A stretch of DNA of 64,000 nt from an uncultured Planctomycetota bacterium (GTDB taxonomy: Bacteria > Planctomycetota > Phycisphaerae > Tepidisphaerales > Tepidisphaeraceae): NCBI GenBank assembly GCA_963841915.1, contig CAWJEN010000006.1, positions 800,001 through 864,000 on the forward strand, given 5' to 3'. Below, piece by piece: positions 9,852 through 20,429 of the stretch. Both the position numbers and the translations under genes were made by a program. Numbering within the stretch: the stretch's first letter is position 1; each line of letters begins with the position of its first letter. The notes under the pieces were generated by a model. That model was not told the origin of the DNA. It saw nothing but the letters and a program-made list of their open reading frames with translations, and ran no database searches.

Positions 9852-11008
9852 CAGGTGGGCAGGTGTCGGTGGGGCCGGTCGCCGGATGCGGCTGGAGCCA
9901 GCTGGCAACGCGGGTCGGTTCGACGGAATGCATCGAGTCGCCCATCGGCGATCGCGTCCCGCAAATCCGCCATCAGGCGGCCGAAGAAAGCCACGTTATG
10001 CAGGCTCGCCAGGATCGGCCCGAGCATCTCACCGGCCTGATAGAAGTGGCGAATGGCCCCGCGGCTGTACGTTCGGCAGGTATAGCAGTCGCACGCCGCG
10101 TCGATCGGTGACGGGTCGCGGGCGTGCTTGGCGTTCTTGAGGCGAAGCGTCTGGCCATCGGTCGTCCAGCAAACGAGGCCGCGGCCGTTGCGTGTCGGTA
10201 GCACGCAATCGAACATGTCCACGCCACACGCGACGGCTTCAACGATGTCCCGCGGATAGCCGACGCCCATCAGATACCGCGGCTTGTCTGTCGGCAGGAG
10301 CGAGGTCGTCGCCCCCAGCACGCGCTTCATCGCCTCGAATCCCTCGCCTACGGCCAGGCCACCCAGTGCATAACCCGGCAGGTCGTACGCCGCCAACTCG
10401 GCCGCACTTTGCGCCCGCAGCTCGAGATCGACGCCGCCTTGCACGATGCCGAACAGTGCCTGCTCGTCCGGCCGCTCGTGGGCGTTGACGCACCGCTCGA
10501 TCCAGCGGCTTGTTCGTTCCATCGCGTCCTGCTGCACCTTTCGCGACGCGTCGCCCGGCGGGCAGTGGTCGAAGGCCATGATGATGTCGGCCCCGAGCTT
10601 GTTCTGCACCTGCATCGACCGCTCCGGCGTCAGGCGGATCATCGAGCCGTCGAGGTGGCTCTTGAACGTGACGCCATCCTCGTCCATCGCGTTTGTGTCT
10701 GCCATGGAGAAGACCTGAAATCCGCCTGAATCGGTCAGCATCGGCCCGTTCCACCCGCCGAACCGCTGCAGCCCGCCAAGCGCCGCGACGGTCTCTTCCC
10801 CCGGCCGCAGCATGAGGTGGTACGTGTTGCCAAGCACGCACCCGGCCCGCGCGTCGCGAAGCTGGTCGGGGATCAAACCTTTGACGCACCCCTGCGTCCC
10901 GACCGGCATGTACGCCGGCGTCGGAAAGCTGCCGTGCGGTGTGTCGACGACGCCGGTCCTGGCGTGGCCGTCAGTGTGTTGAACATCAATGGTGACCGGC
11001 GGACTCAA
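9851..11008 (-). CDS. tgt: tRNA-guanine transglycosylase
   Basis: TPAYMPVGT, NTYHL, LTDSGGFQV, FGIVQGG, YLMGVG, DMFDCVLPTR, CDCYTC...HN zinc site. Confidence 0.96.
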   Translation of the reverse strand: MSPPVTIDVQHTDGHARTGVVDTPHGSFPTPAYMPVGTQGCVKGLIPDQLRDARAGCVLGNTYHLMLRPGEETVAALGGLQRFGGWNGPMLTDSGGFQVFSMADTNAMDEDGVTFKSHLDGSMIRLTPERSMQVQNKLGADIIMAFDHCPPGDASRKVQQDAMERTSRWIERCVNAHERPDEQALFGIVQGGVDLELRAQSAAELAAYDLPGYALGGLAVGEGFEAMKRVLGATTSLLPTDKPRYLMGVGYPRDIVEAVACGVDMFDCVLPTRNGRGLVCWTTDGQTLRLKNAKHARDPSPIDAACDCYTCRTYSRGAIRHFYQAGEMLGPILASLHNVAFFGRLMADLRDAIADGRLDAFRRTDPRCQLAPAASGDRPHRHLPT

Positions 11009-11111
11009 GCCTGAGAGTAGCTGGCAGTTGTTGCAGAAGGTGCGAGATGACCTGAGCCGAAGCTCGCTAACTGCGAGCTCTCATTGTCAGGGCATTCTAC
11101 TAGGTTCGCGG

Positions 11112-13370
11112 TCAATCCGTCGTGCGTTGGCGGAGCGGACGCGTCGCGGGTTGATCGATCGACTTGGTCTGCTCAATGACTGGCCGCGTTGACGCCGGCG
11201 TTGCATTCGAGGCAGTGTCTGCGTGGCTCGTCAGCCCCTTTGTGAGGATCGGGTCGCCTGGCGGACGTCGGATGACGTCGTTCAGAATCAGGCTGTTCCA
11301 CCGCCTCAGATTCTTAAAATATGTGGGTCTGAATAGGTACTCGATCGGAAGTTGAATCGCTCGTTTGTAAAGCGGCCTTGAGAGCCGGCTTCGCAACTCC
11401 TGGGCGATCTCGGCCGACGAAACTTCGTCGTTTGTCGAGTTACCCTTGCCATCTTGTTTCACCCGCGACGTTTCAAAGCCGGCACTGGCAAGTCGTTCGC
11501 GGCCCTTGCGGAACTCGATCCATCGCTCGAGCATCGAGTTCGAGCTCGGGTGATAAGCGAGCCAGTCGGCAACATCGCCCCAGCGGTGGTTGTCCAGCCG
11601 CACAGTGGTAGCGACTGGCCGAGTGCCGAGCTGGCCGCCTTCGAAAATCGGGATGTCAAAGGACAAATAGCCGACAACGATCGGTCGGTCGAACGTTTGG
11701 CGGAGCGAGATGCTGCGGGACGTACGATTGGTGACCGCGATGGATCCGCCGGGAAGCTCGCTACGCAGCGTCTCGAGCGCTGTATTGAAGCGTTGAAGCT
11801 CGTTTACGCGAGCCGACGCCTGCTTGGTTGTCGGCAGCGACGACCCGAATGCTTCGTCGAAATCGGCTTCAGCTTCGCGGACGGCCGCGACGGCCGCCGA
11901 GGATCGGCGGGAGTCTTGCACCGTGATGTTGACCTCGCCCACGTGGTAACTCGCGTACCGGTCGATTGCCGATGACGTAAGCGGCCTCATCGACTCGTGC
12001 GACGTCCAGAGCGAGACGCGATAGACGACACGGACGTAGCTGTACTGCTTCGACGCGTGTGAGGCTCGGCCGTCCCGGGCCTGTGACCGGCTCGTAAATT
12101 GATAAAGCAGGCTGCCCGAGGGTCCTGCCGGCGACGCCTTTGTTCCTGCCGAACGCTTCGATCACCCGCTTGGCGATGGTGTGTGTGACGGCTGGGGCGA
12201 AGCGGTCGACATCATTTGCCGGTGGCGCGTGGGCGAATTCACGAAGCTCACCGTTGCGAAGATCGTCGGTGATCCGCCCGAGTTTTGCCGCCGCGGGGAC
12301 GCCGATGAGCATGAACACGCCCAGAAGCATCAGCACCACGCCACCAACCGGTAGAAGAAACCCCGTGGCGATCAGTGCCAGGGCTCCAGGGTCTTGAGCG
12401 AGTCGGGCCACGTCGTCATCGAGTACCGGCAAGCTGCGACCGCCGTCGGCGGGAAACGCGCAACGTGTAGGCGTTGTCAGCGTCACCGAAATGCGATCTG
12501 TTGGACGATGGCATTGCCCGTTCGCACAGCAACAAGAGCCAGACCGAAGCCGACGACAATTCCCGGCACCGGTCCTGCCAGGGCAACGATTGCTCGCTTC
12601 CAGCCGCCCGGTGTGTTCGACCCGCTGACGGCCGCACCGAGCATGGCGAAACGGCATCTTCATATTGCGATAACCCAGCAGCTTCATGGGAGAAGGCCCG
12701 ACTCATGGAAGATCAAATGCAGACGAGATCAACAGCGTCTGCATGACGGGATGCTTGAACGTGGTCGCCTACACCCGGAATACCGACAGGAAAGGCGGAG
12801 CGAGGGACCTTCGCCCAGCCGGTCGCTTCACGGTGATCAGACGCCATCTCGACCTCTGCGAGCTGGCGCGACCACGGAAGCAAGCGTCGCCCGCTTCAGT
12901 CGCGGCCGGGTGGTAGGGCGGGGGGTTGCAGGTTTGCTTGCCAAAGCCAAGCGGGCCGGTCGCAAGGTGGTCAGGCCGACGCCGAAGGCTTCTTCGGGGT
13001 ACATACGTGCCGGACCAAGACGCGCCTGGCCGGGTGGAGGGCCATGGCATCGGGATCAGCGGCCGCGTCGGAGCCGGTGCGTCGGGGCCGCCAAGGTTGA
13101 TCCGCATGAGGTGGTGCCGTCAGCGGCAGATCTGACGTCGACCACAAGCTCTGCTCTTCTTCCGTCGCACATTCACGCAGCGAAACAGTCGCCCGGCCGC
13201 AGGTCTTCCGTGAGCGGATAGATCGGGATGACCTGATTAGCTCGGATGGTACGGTTCCACTCCGATCGGCCAACCGTGACCTAGGCTTGACCGTTAGCAT
13301 GCTGCTTGGAGCAGCCAACGAGCAGCAGAGCCGCCACAAGGCATGCGGTCCGCGACAAATCGAAATGCAC
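11112..13370 (-). pseudogene. Degraded predicted lipoprotein gene. N-terminal remnant at ~13050-13370; C-terminal open frame at 11112-~12050
   Basis: GTG 13370 gives VHFDLSRTACLVAALLLVGC (lipobox), then TAG 13281, then WNRTIRANQVIPIYPLTEDLRPGD, then a stop. The downstream frame reads YVRVVYRV...PGGSIAVTNRTSRSISLRQTFDRPIVVGYLSFD. Joining the two pieces into one gene is inference. Confidence 0.45.
12070..12760 (-). pseudogene. Multiply frameshifted site-2 protease (peptidase M50) remnant
   Basis: Across shifting frames: LIFHESG, MKLLGYRNMKM, LGAAVSG, WKRAIVALAGPVPG, P.DGGR, then TM segments. Confidence 0.6.
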
Positions 13371-13624
13371 ACGTCCGCCAGATCCCGGACGGCAAGCCGC
13401 CGTCGCGGGTGACGAGCGAGAGGCAACATGAGGAACCCTTCGGAAAGCGTTGGGACAGGATCCGAGGCCACGTCCGTACAGCTCACGCCACCCCGCCAAA
13501 AAAACACCGTAGCGGAGCAGCAGCATTCTGCAATCATTTGTCGATCATTGACGTCTATATAGCCGTCCTGCCCTCGGCGCTTGGCGAGACGGCTGCTTGT
13601 CGCGACGATGTGTATGCTGCGGCC

Positions 13625-14617
13625 ATGAAGGTTCTCGTCGCCGGCGGTGCCGGTTATATCGGATCGCACACGGTCAAAGCCCTCCAGCAGGCGGGGCATG
13701 AACCGATTATCTACGACAACGGCGATCGCGGGCACAAGGTCGTCGCTGATCTCCTCAACGTCCCGCACGTCTGGGCAGATCTGGACGATGCCGAGACGCT
13801 GACAAAGACGCTTCGTGAGCACGACATCGAGCTCGTGATGCACTTTGCGGCCTACGCGTACGTCGGCGAGAGTGTGCACGAGCCGCTCATGTACTACCAC
13901 AACAACGTGGCCACGACGGTCAACGTGCTGAAGTGCATGCGCGAGGCGGGCGTCAAGAAGTTCGTGTTCTCCTCCACCTGCGCCACCTACGGCGACCCGG
14001 ACACGGTGCCGATCACCGAGAGCGAGCCGCAGACGCCCGTCAGCCCGTACGGCCACAGCAAGCTCATGGTCGAGCGCGTCTTGGAGGATTACGCAGCCAG
14101 CGACAAAGACTTTAAGTATGCGGCCTTACGCTATTTTAATGCGTGCGGCTGTGACCCCGAGGGCACGCTGGGCGAAGACCACGATCCCGAGACGCACCTC
14201 ATTCCCGTCATTTTCCAGGCGATCATGGGGCAGCGGGACAAGCTCACCGTCTTCGGGACCGACTATCCCACAGCCGACGGGACGTGCGTGCGGGATTACA
14301 TTCACGTGGCTGATCTGGCCGACGCCCACATCAAGGCGGCGGCGGCGCTCGACCAGCATCGCGAGATCAAGGCGAACCTCGGCACGGGTCGCGGATTCAG
14401 CGTCCGCGAGATCATCAAAGCCGCCGAGGCGGTGACGGGTAAGGACGTCCCCGTCGAGTATGGCGACCGTCGGGCCGGTGACGCGATAGCCCTGTACGCC
14501 GATCCCTCGCACGCCAAGAACACCTTCGGCTGGGAAGCCAAGTACAAGGATCCGACGGACATCATCAAAACAGCTTGGGCCTGGCACGAGAAGCACCCCA
14601 ACGGCTACGGCGACTGA
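13625..14617 (+). CDS. galE: UDP-glucose 4-epimerase
   Basis: GGAGYIGSH, HFAA, FSSTCATYG, YGHSK, LRYFN, VRDYIHV. Confidence 0.95.
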   Translation: MKVLVAGGAGYIGSHTVKALQQAGHEPIIYDNGDRGHKVVADLLNVPHVWADLDDAETLTKTLREHDIELVMHFAAYAYVGESVHEPLMYYHNNVATTVNVLKCMREAGVKKFVFSSTCATYGDPDTVPITESEPQTPVSPYGHSKLMVERVLEDYAASDKDFKYAALRYFNACGCDPEGTLGEDHDPETHLIPVIFQAIMGQRDKLTVFGTDYPTADGTCVRDYIHVADLADAHIKAAAALDQHREIKANLGTGRGFSVREIIKAAEAVTGKDVPVEYGDRRAGDAIALYADPSHAKNTFGWEAKYKDPTDIIKTAWAWHEKHPNGYGD

Positions 14618-14655
14618 CACGTCCGTGACCGTGCCACCTAGCCTGCGTTTGTCCG

Positions 14656-16605
14656 ATGGATCGTTCGCCCAAATTGCCGCACGAACCACCGGCCATTACG
14701 CAGATTGCCGCGCGGTTGCGGATCATCGGTAACCGGCTGGCGGTTCGGCTGGGTATCGGTGACGGGGCGATGCTGTTGCCGCTGGCCGTGCTCGTCGGCG
14801 TGCTGACGGCGACGGCGGCGGTGGCGTTTCACGAGCTCATCCTGCTCATCCGCGACACGCTTTACCGCCGGGCTGGAGCGGAATTCCTCTACGGCCGCGG
14901 CATGTGGCTGCTCGTCGTCATCCCAACAGTCGGCGGGCTCGTCGTTGGCATCATCACACGCCTCGTCAGCGGCGAACGCGAAGGGCACGGCGTCGTCGAC
15001 GTCATGGAGAGCGTCGCCCGCACCCGCGGCTTCGTCAAAGCCCGCACGGCGATCGAAAAGATTTTCACCAGTGCCGTCACCATTGGCACCGGTGGTAGCG
15101 CGGGTGCCGAGGGCCCGATCGTGCAGATCGGCGCGGCTGTCAGTGGTGGCGTTGCACACGTCTTCAGACTTAGTCGGCACCAGATGCCGGTCCTCGTCGG
15201 ATGCGGATGTGCGGCCGGCATCAGCGCGATCTTCAACGCACCGCTCGGTGGTCTGCTGTTCACGCTGGAGGTCATTCTGCACGACTTCCGGGCCCGGGCA
15301 ATCACGCCGATCGTGGTCAGCGCCGTCATCGCCAACGTCACCATGCGCGGGATCGTCGAATGGCTTTACGAGCACGGCCACGGCAACGCGGCGTATATCA
15401 CCGTCTTTGCCGACCCTTCACTTGAGCTGGCGGGGCAAAGCCTGCTGAGTTGGCAGCAGGTGCCGGCCTACGCATTGCTCGGATTGGCGTGCGGGCTCAT
15501 CGGCGCGGGTCTGACGCGGTCGATGCAGGCGGGTGAAGGCTTGTTCCGCCGCGTCGTGACTGGGCCGCCTTGGGTCAAGGCGATGCGGCCGGCGGCGGGT
15601 GGATTCCTGCTGGGGCTTCTCGGATTGGCGGCGGTGCTGGCCGCGCCCGAATCGCTCGGCGGCAGGACCGGGCCCTTCGGTTTCAGCGAGTATCCGATGC
15701 CGGCGTTCTTCGGTGACGGGTACGGCGTTATCGAAACCCTGCTCCAGCCGACCGGCGAGTTCTACGACCGCTACAACGCCGGGGCACTGCTGGCGCTGCT
15801 CGTCGGGCTGGCCCTCATCAAGCTGCTGGCCACCGTGCTCACGCTCGGCAGTGGTGGGTCGGGTGGTGTCATTGCTCCGTCGCTGTTCCTCGGCGCTGTC
15901 GTCGGTGGGGCGACGGCAGTTGCCCTTCGTCAGCTCGGCTGGTTCGGCGAAGTCTCGCTGCCCGCTTACACCGTCGTCGGCATGGCTGCGTTATTGGCCG
16001 CAGTCGTGCACGCGCCACTCGCAAGCTTGCTCATCATCTTTGAAATCACGGGCGACACAGGCAGTAACAACGCCATTCTCCTGCCGGCCTTGCTCGCTGT
16101 CGTTGTGGCCATCGGCTCGAGCCGACTCATCACGCGAGATTCAATTTACGACTCGGCTTTGCGCCGCCGCGGCGTCCGCGTCGCCGCCGCCGATCCGCAG
16201 GTTTTGAGCCGACTGTCCGTCGAGCAGGTCAACCTCGACCCCGCAGCGACCATCCGCGAGAGCGAGCCCTTCGAGCGGGTGATCGAGCTCATGGATCGTT
16301 GGAGTTCCCGCAACTTTGCAGTTCTTGATGCGACGGGCAAATACGTCGGCTTCCTCGTCGAGGAGGACGTCAACCTCACGCTCCTGGGCCACGAGGCGAT
16401 GCCGCTCGTGGTCGTGGGCGAGCTGATGCGGACGGACGTGCCGCTCGTGTCGGCCGGTGACGATTTGCAGTCGGCATTCGATCTGTTCGCCCGGCTCGAC
16501 GTGTCGCACTTGCCCGTCGGTATCGGACGCGGCGATACCAGCCGCGTCATCGGGCTCATCAGTCGCGCCAGCCTCATGCGGCGTTACAACATAGAACTCG
16601 ACTGA
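14656..16605 (+). CDS. ClC-family chloride channel/antiporter with C-terminal CBS pair
   Basis: GHGV, GGSAGAEGP, FNAPLGG, GGSGGVIAPSL, SIY motifs; CBS-like tail. Confidence 0.9.
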   Translation: MDRSPKLPHEPPAITQIAARLRIIGNRLAVRLGIGDGAMLLPLAVLVGVLTATAAVAFHELILLIRDTLYRRAGAEFLYGRGMWLLVVIPTVGGLVVGIITRLVSGEREGHGVVDVMESVARTRGFVKARTAIEKIFTSAVTIGTGGSAGAEGPIVQIGAAVSGGVAHVFRLSRHQMPVLVGCGCAAGISAIFNAPLGGLLFTLEVILHDFRARAITPIVVSAVIANVTMRGIVEWLYEHGHGNAAYITVFADPSLELAGQSLLSWQQVPAYALLGLACGLIGAGLTRSMQAGEGLFRRVVTGPPWVKAMRPAAGGFLLGLLGLAAVLAAPESLGGRTGPFGFSEYPMPAFFGDGYGVIETLLQPTGEFYDRYNAGALLALLVGLALIKLLATVLTLGSGGSGGVIAPSLFLGAVVGGATAVALRQLGWFGEVSLPAYTVVGMAALLAAVVHAPLASLLIIFEITGDTGSNNAILLPALLAVVVAIGSSRLITRDSIYDSALRRRGVRVAAADPQVLSRLSVEQVNLDPAATIRESEPFERVIELMDRWSSRNFAVLDATGKYVGFLVEEDVNLTLLGHEAMPLVVVGELMRTDVPLVSAGDDLQSAFDLFARLDVSHLPVGIGRGDTSRVIGLISRASLMRRYNIELD

Positions 16606-16611
16606 GCCGCC

Positions 16612-16893
16612 TCAGGCATCTTCGCCGAACTTGCTTTCGAACAAGGTTTCCATGGCCTCCGTCGCCGCCTCGGCATCGTCGCCGGTGGCATCGACGCGGA
16701 TCTCCGTGCCCTTTGTCGCGGCAAGCGTGATGACCTGCATCACGCTTTTTGCGTCGGCAGGACCCTCGGTGCCGTCAACGCGGTAGAGGTTGATCTCGCA
16801 CTCAAAAGCTGAGGCACACTCGACGACTTGCATCGCCGGCCTGGCATGCAAGCCGTTCTCATTCGAGACGGTGACAGTTCGACTGCTTTGCAA
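16612..16893 (-). CDS. ptsH: HPr phosphocarrier protein
   Basis: NENGLHARPA and ADAKSVM motifs; TTG start with AAGGAG just upstream. Confidence 0.88.
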   Translation of the reverse strand: MQSSRTVTVSNENGLHARPAMQVVECASAFECEINLYRVDGTEGPADAKSVMQVITLAATKGTEIRVDATGDDAEAATEAMETLFESKFGEDA

Positions 16894-16904
16894 GCAAATC
16901 TCCT

Positions 16905-17376
16905 TTAAGCAGCACCGTCGACACGCTGAAATACGTCCATGACGGCAAGCGGACTCTGCGGCCTCCCGAAGGTCGCGACGAAGTAGATCCTGGTGAAGCA
17001 CTTTGAAGATAGTCTGCATCGCGTCGAGGTGCTCGCGGCTGCGATCGGGTGGGCTCAGCAGCAGCACGACAATGTGAACGGGCTTGCCGTCGACGCTCTT
17101 GAAGTCGATGCCGTTACTGCAGCGTCCGAACGCGGCCATCATGTCGCTGACGGCTGCGTGTTTAGCGTGCGGCACGGCAACGCCTTTGCCAAAGCCGGTG
17201 CTGCCTTGCCGCTCACGGTCGGCGAGCGTCGACAACACCTGTTGCTCCACATCGGCGGCGACTTTGCCGCTCGCGACGAGCTTCGAAAGCAACACGGCCG
17301 TCGCCTCGGCTGGCGTGGCGGCCTCGAGGTCCGTCACGACCGCATCGCGGTCGAATAGTTGAGACAATCGCATCAT
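16905..17376 (-). CDS. ptsN: PTS EIIA (Ntr/Fru-type); frameshift near 16951 makes an apparent fusion to HPr
   Basis: RE..GSTGFGKGVAVPHAK motif; an alternative frame gives the C-terminus LAVMDVFQRVDGAA-TAA (16905-16907), right before the HPr RBS. Confidence 0.8.
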
Positions 17377-17394
17377 CGCTGCTTCAGGTAAACG

Positions 17395-17736
17395 TCACAC
17401 AGGCTGGTGCCGGATCGACGCCGCTGCGCCTTCGGGCGGGTGCTTGCGGTTGCGATGCTTTTCCTTGTGCTCGGTGAGCTGGCGCTCGAGCTTCTGGTAA
17501 CACTCGTCGACGCAGGCATCTACGGTGTCGCACCGGCTGTTGGCGACAAAGTTGTTGTTGTGGTCTGCGCTGACGAGCATCTCAACGTGGTAGCCGACCG
17601 GCTTGTTGTCTTCGATCACGACCTCGATCTCCTGGATGAGATTGTAAAACGTCACGAGCTTGTTGGCCTTGGCGTCGGCGTGAGCCTTCTGCTCGGGCGT
17701 GATATCAACGTGACGGGTGGTGATCAGGACGTGCAT
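17395..17736 (-). CDS. hpf: Ribosome hibernation promoting factor (HPF/RaiA)
   Basis: ITTRHVDIT...VDECYQKLERQLTEHKEK; GGAG RBS; upstream of ptsN. Confidence 0.88.
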   Translation of the reverse strand: MHVLITTRHVDITPEQKAHADAKANKLVTFYNLIQEIEVVIEDNKPVGYHVEMLVSADHNNNFVANSRCDTVDACVDECYQKLERQLTEHKEKHRNRKHPPEGAAASIRHQPV

Positions 17737-18598
17737 GTGAGGACTCCAAAGATGCTGATTCTGACGCCTCGTCGGATGAGTCCGACGAGGGCGCGGCGAG
17801 TGTAGGCGGAGCTGCGTCCGCCGCTGCGAGTGCTGCCTTGGCCTGCTTGCGGCTCATCGGCTTTTCCACCTGCCCGCTGCCCGGACCCGCCACGCCGCCA
17901 CTGACCAGCAGCTTCATCGCTTCCTCCACCGTCATCGGCATCTCGATGACCTCGCGACGCGGCACGATCACCACGTACCCGCTGAAGGCCGTCGGACTGC
18001 TCGGCATGAAGACCGTCACCGTCTCACCCTCCGTCACCTCGTCGAGCGGTGGCAAGCCTTTACCCGTCACGAGGCCGAGCGACCAGATTTCGTTGCTGTG
18101 TGGCCGAAACGCCACCACGCGGCTGCCGGCAAATTGACTCTCGCGATCGGCTAGAACAAAATCGGTGATCTGTTTAAACGTCGGATACACCGCCCGAACC
18201 ACCGGCACCCGCATCACGATTCGCTCGGCCGCTGCGTACAGGGCGCGGCCGAGAAAGTTACCCACAAGCAGGCCGACCATGTAGATCAGCACGAGCGCCA
18301 GCCCGACGCCCAGCAACTTCGTGTACCAGGCATCCTCGAAGTGAACACGAATCATCATCGCGTTCGTCGGGTCGGCGTAACCGGCCTGCTGGAGCGTGAA
18401 CCACGCCCGCTTGAGGAGTTCGATGAGGTACCAGCCGATGCTGGTCCACAAAAAGTCGAAGATCCACCAAAGTACGCCCACCGTCAGGATCGTCGGCAGC
18501 AGCGTGCCCAGGCCTCGCAGAAAGAAGCGGGCAAAGTCACTGCCGAACGACCGACGGGGACGCGGTGCCGGGGCCTGATGGGGTGCTTGGCCTTCGAT
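17705..18598 (-). CDS. DUF502 family membrane protein (start codon uncertain; ATC at the expected position)
   Basis: FFLRGLGTLLPTILT, RVPVVRAVY, VFMPSSPTAFSGY, MTVEEAMKLLVSGG; frame open to 18619. Confidence 0.8.
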   Translation of the reverse strand: MEGQAPHQAPAPRPRRSFGSDFARFFLRGLGTLLPTILTVGVLWWIFDFLWTSIGWYLIELLKRAWFTLQQAGYADPTNAMMIRVHFEDAWYTKLLGVGLALVLIYMVGLLVGNFLGRALYAAAERIVMRVPVVRAVYPTFKQITDFVLADRESQFAGSRVVAFRPHSNEIWSLGLVTGKGLPPLDEVTEGETVTVFMPSSPTAFSGYVVIVPRREVIEMPMTVEEAMKLLVSGGVAGPGSGQVEKPMSRKQAKAALAAADAAPPTLAAPSSDSSDEASESASLESSHARPDHHPSR

Positions 18599-18619
18599 GG
18601 TCGCAGCGTAGCGAACCGT

Positions 18620-19534
18620 TCAGGCAACGACAGGTGCCTCGGCCCCGACTTTGATGACGATCATCCTTTTCTCGGTGTAGCCGCTGCCGATGTTGAGCCA
18701 GTCGATGCCCTTCGACTTGAACTTGCGGTGGACGTGCGAATGGCCGCAGACGACGTGGCGGACGTTGGCCCGTCGGCCCAGAATGCGACCGATGAGCGGG
18801 CTGCCGAGATACGCCCGCGCGAAGGCGTATTTGAGCGCCCGCTGCGGCAAGTCACCCGGCGGGATCGGCGGGAGCAGCATCTCGTGCGGACACACGTGGA
18901 CAGCCGCCACCACGTGCTCGACATTCGCGACGTGTTTCAGGTCTCGGCGAAGGTCATTGCACCGGTCACCGCAGAACAATTCGTCGTCGGTCAGACCGAC
19001 CGTAAATCGGCCGTCGTTCCAGCGGGCACGAAACGTGCGGCTGCCCTCGGGCACGTCGTTGGCTCCAGGCCCAAGGTCATCGCCATGCAACGCCGCTGCG
19101 GCTCCTGGGCTGAGCTTCGCCCGGTAGAACCGTCGCGGCAGGCCCAGACGCTTCAACGCAAAGCCGTAGTCGTACCAACCGAGGCTACCGACAACGGCCA
19201 TCTTCCCGCGGCGAAACGGGTTGCCGGGAAGCCAATGCCAGCCGCAGTCGCGCACGCGTCGCGGCAACTCGCGCTTGAGCAATTCGTGAACATCGGTCTT
19301 GTCGATGCGGCTCCACATCTCGTGATTGCCTGGAACAAACAGCCGCGGGCGGCCGTCATCGACGAAGAGGCTCAGCGCTTTCTCGAGGGCATGGCCGTCA
19401 CTCGTGGCCGCGTCGCCGACGAGCAGCAGCCCCTCAGCCTGCGTGTCGGGCCACGTCGCCGCCAACGCCTCGGCCGACGCCCGGCTCTTAGGCACGTCGT
19501 GGTGCAGATCGGCAGTGACGGCAAGACGGAACAC
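18620..19534 (-). CDS. Calcineurin-like metallophosphoesterase
   Basis: TADLH, VGD, PGNHE, H..P, CGHSH motifs. Confidence 0.85.
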   Translation of the reverse strand: MFRLAVTADLHHDVPKSRASAEALAATWPDTQAEGLLLVGDAATSDGHALEKALSLFVDDGRPRLFVPGNHEMWSRIDKTDVHELLKRELPRRVRDCGWHWLPGNPFRRGKMAVVGSLGWYDYGFALKRLGLPRRFYRAKLSPGAAAALHGDDLGPGANDVPEGSRTFRARWNDGRFTVGLTDDELFCGDRCNDLRRDLKHVANVEHVVAAVHVCPHEMLLPPIPPGDLPQRALKYAFARAYLGSPLIGRILGRRANVRHVVCGHSHVHRKFKSKGIDWLNIGSGYTEKRMIVIKVGAEAPVVA

Positions 19535-19604
19535 GGTCGCCGCAAGGTAGCACGCCCGGAATGGCTAGTGACGCCGATGCGTGACCGCTACCGTGCTGGC
19601 CCGC

Positions 19605-20363
<759 letters not shown>

Positions 20364-20429
20364 GGCGGGCTGCAAGGCGAATGCATCGCGAGCTTGTGCT
20401 GCGGGTCTTATAGAAGATACGATGCCCGC

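Noticed and set aside
12900..13300. GC-rich non-ORF stretch as a structured ncRNA
   Set aside because: No recognisable tRNA, tmRNA, RNase P or SRP motifs; better explained by minus-strand pseudogene remnants
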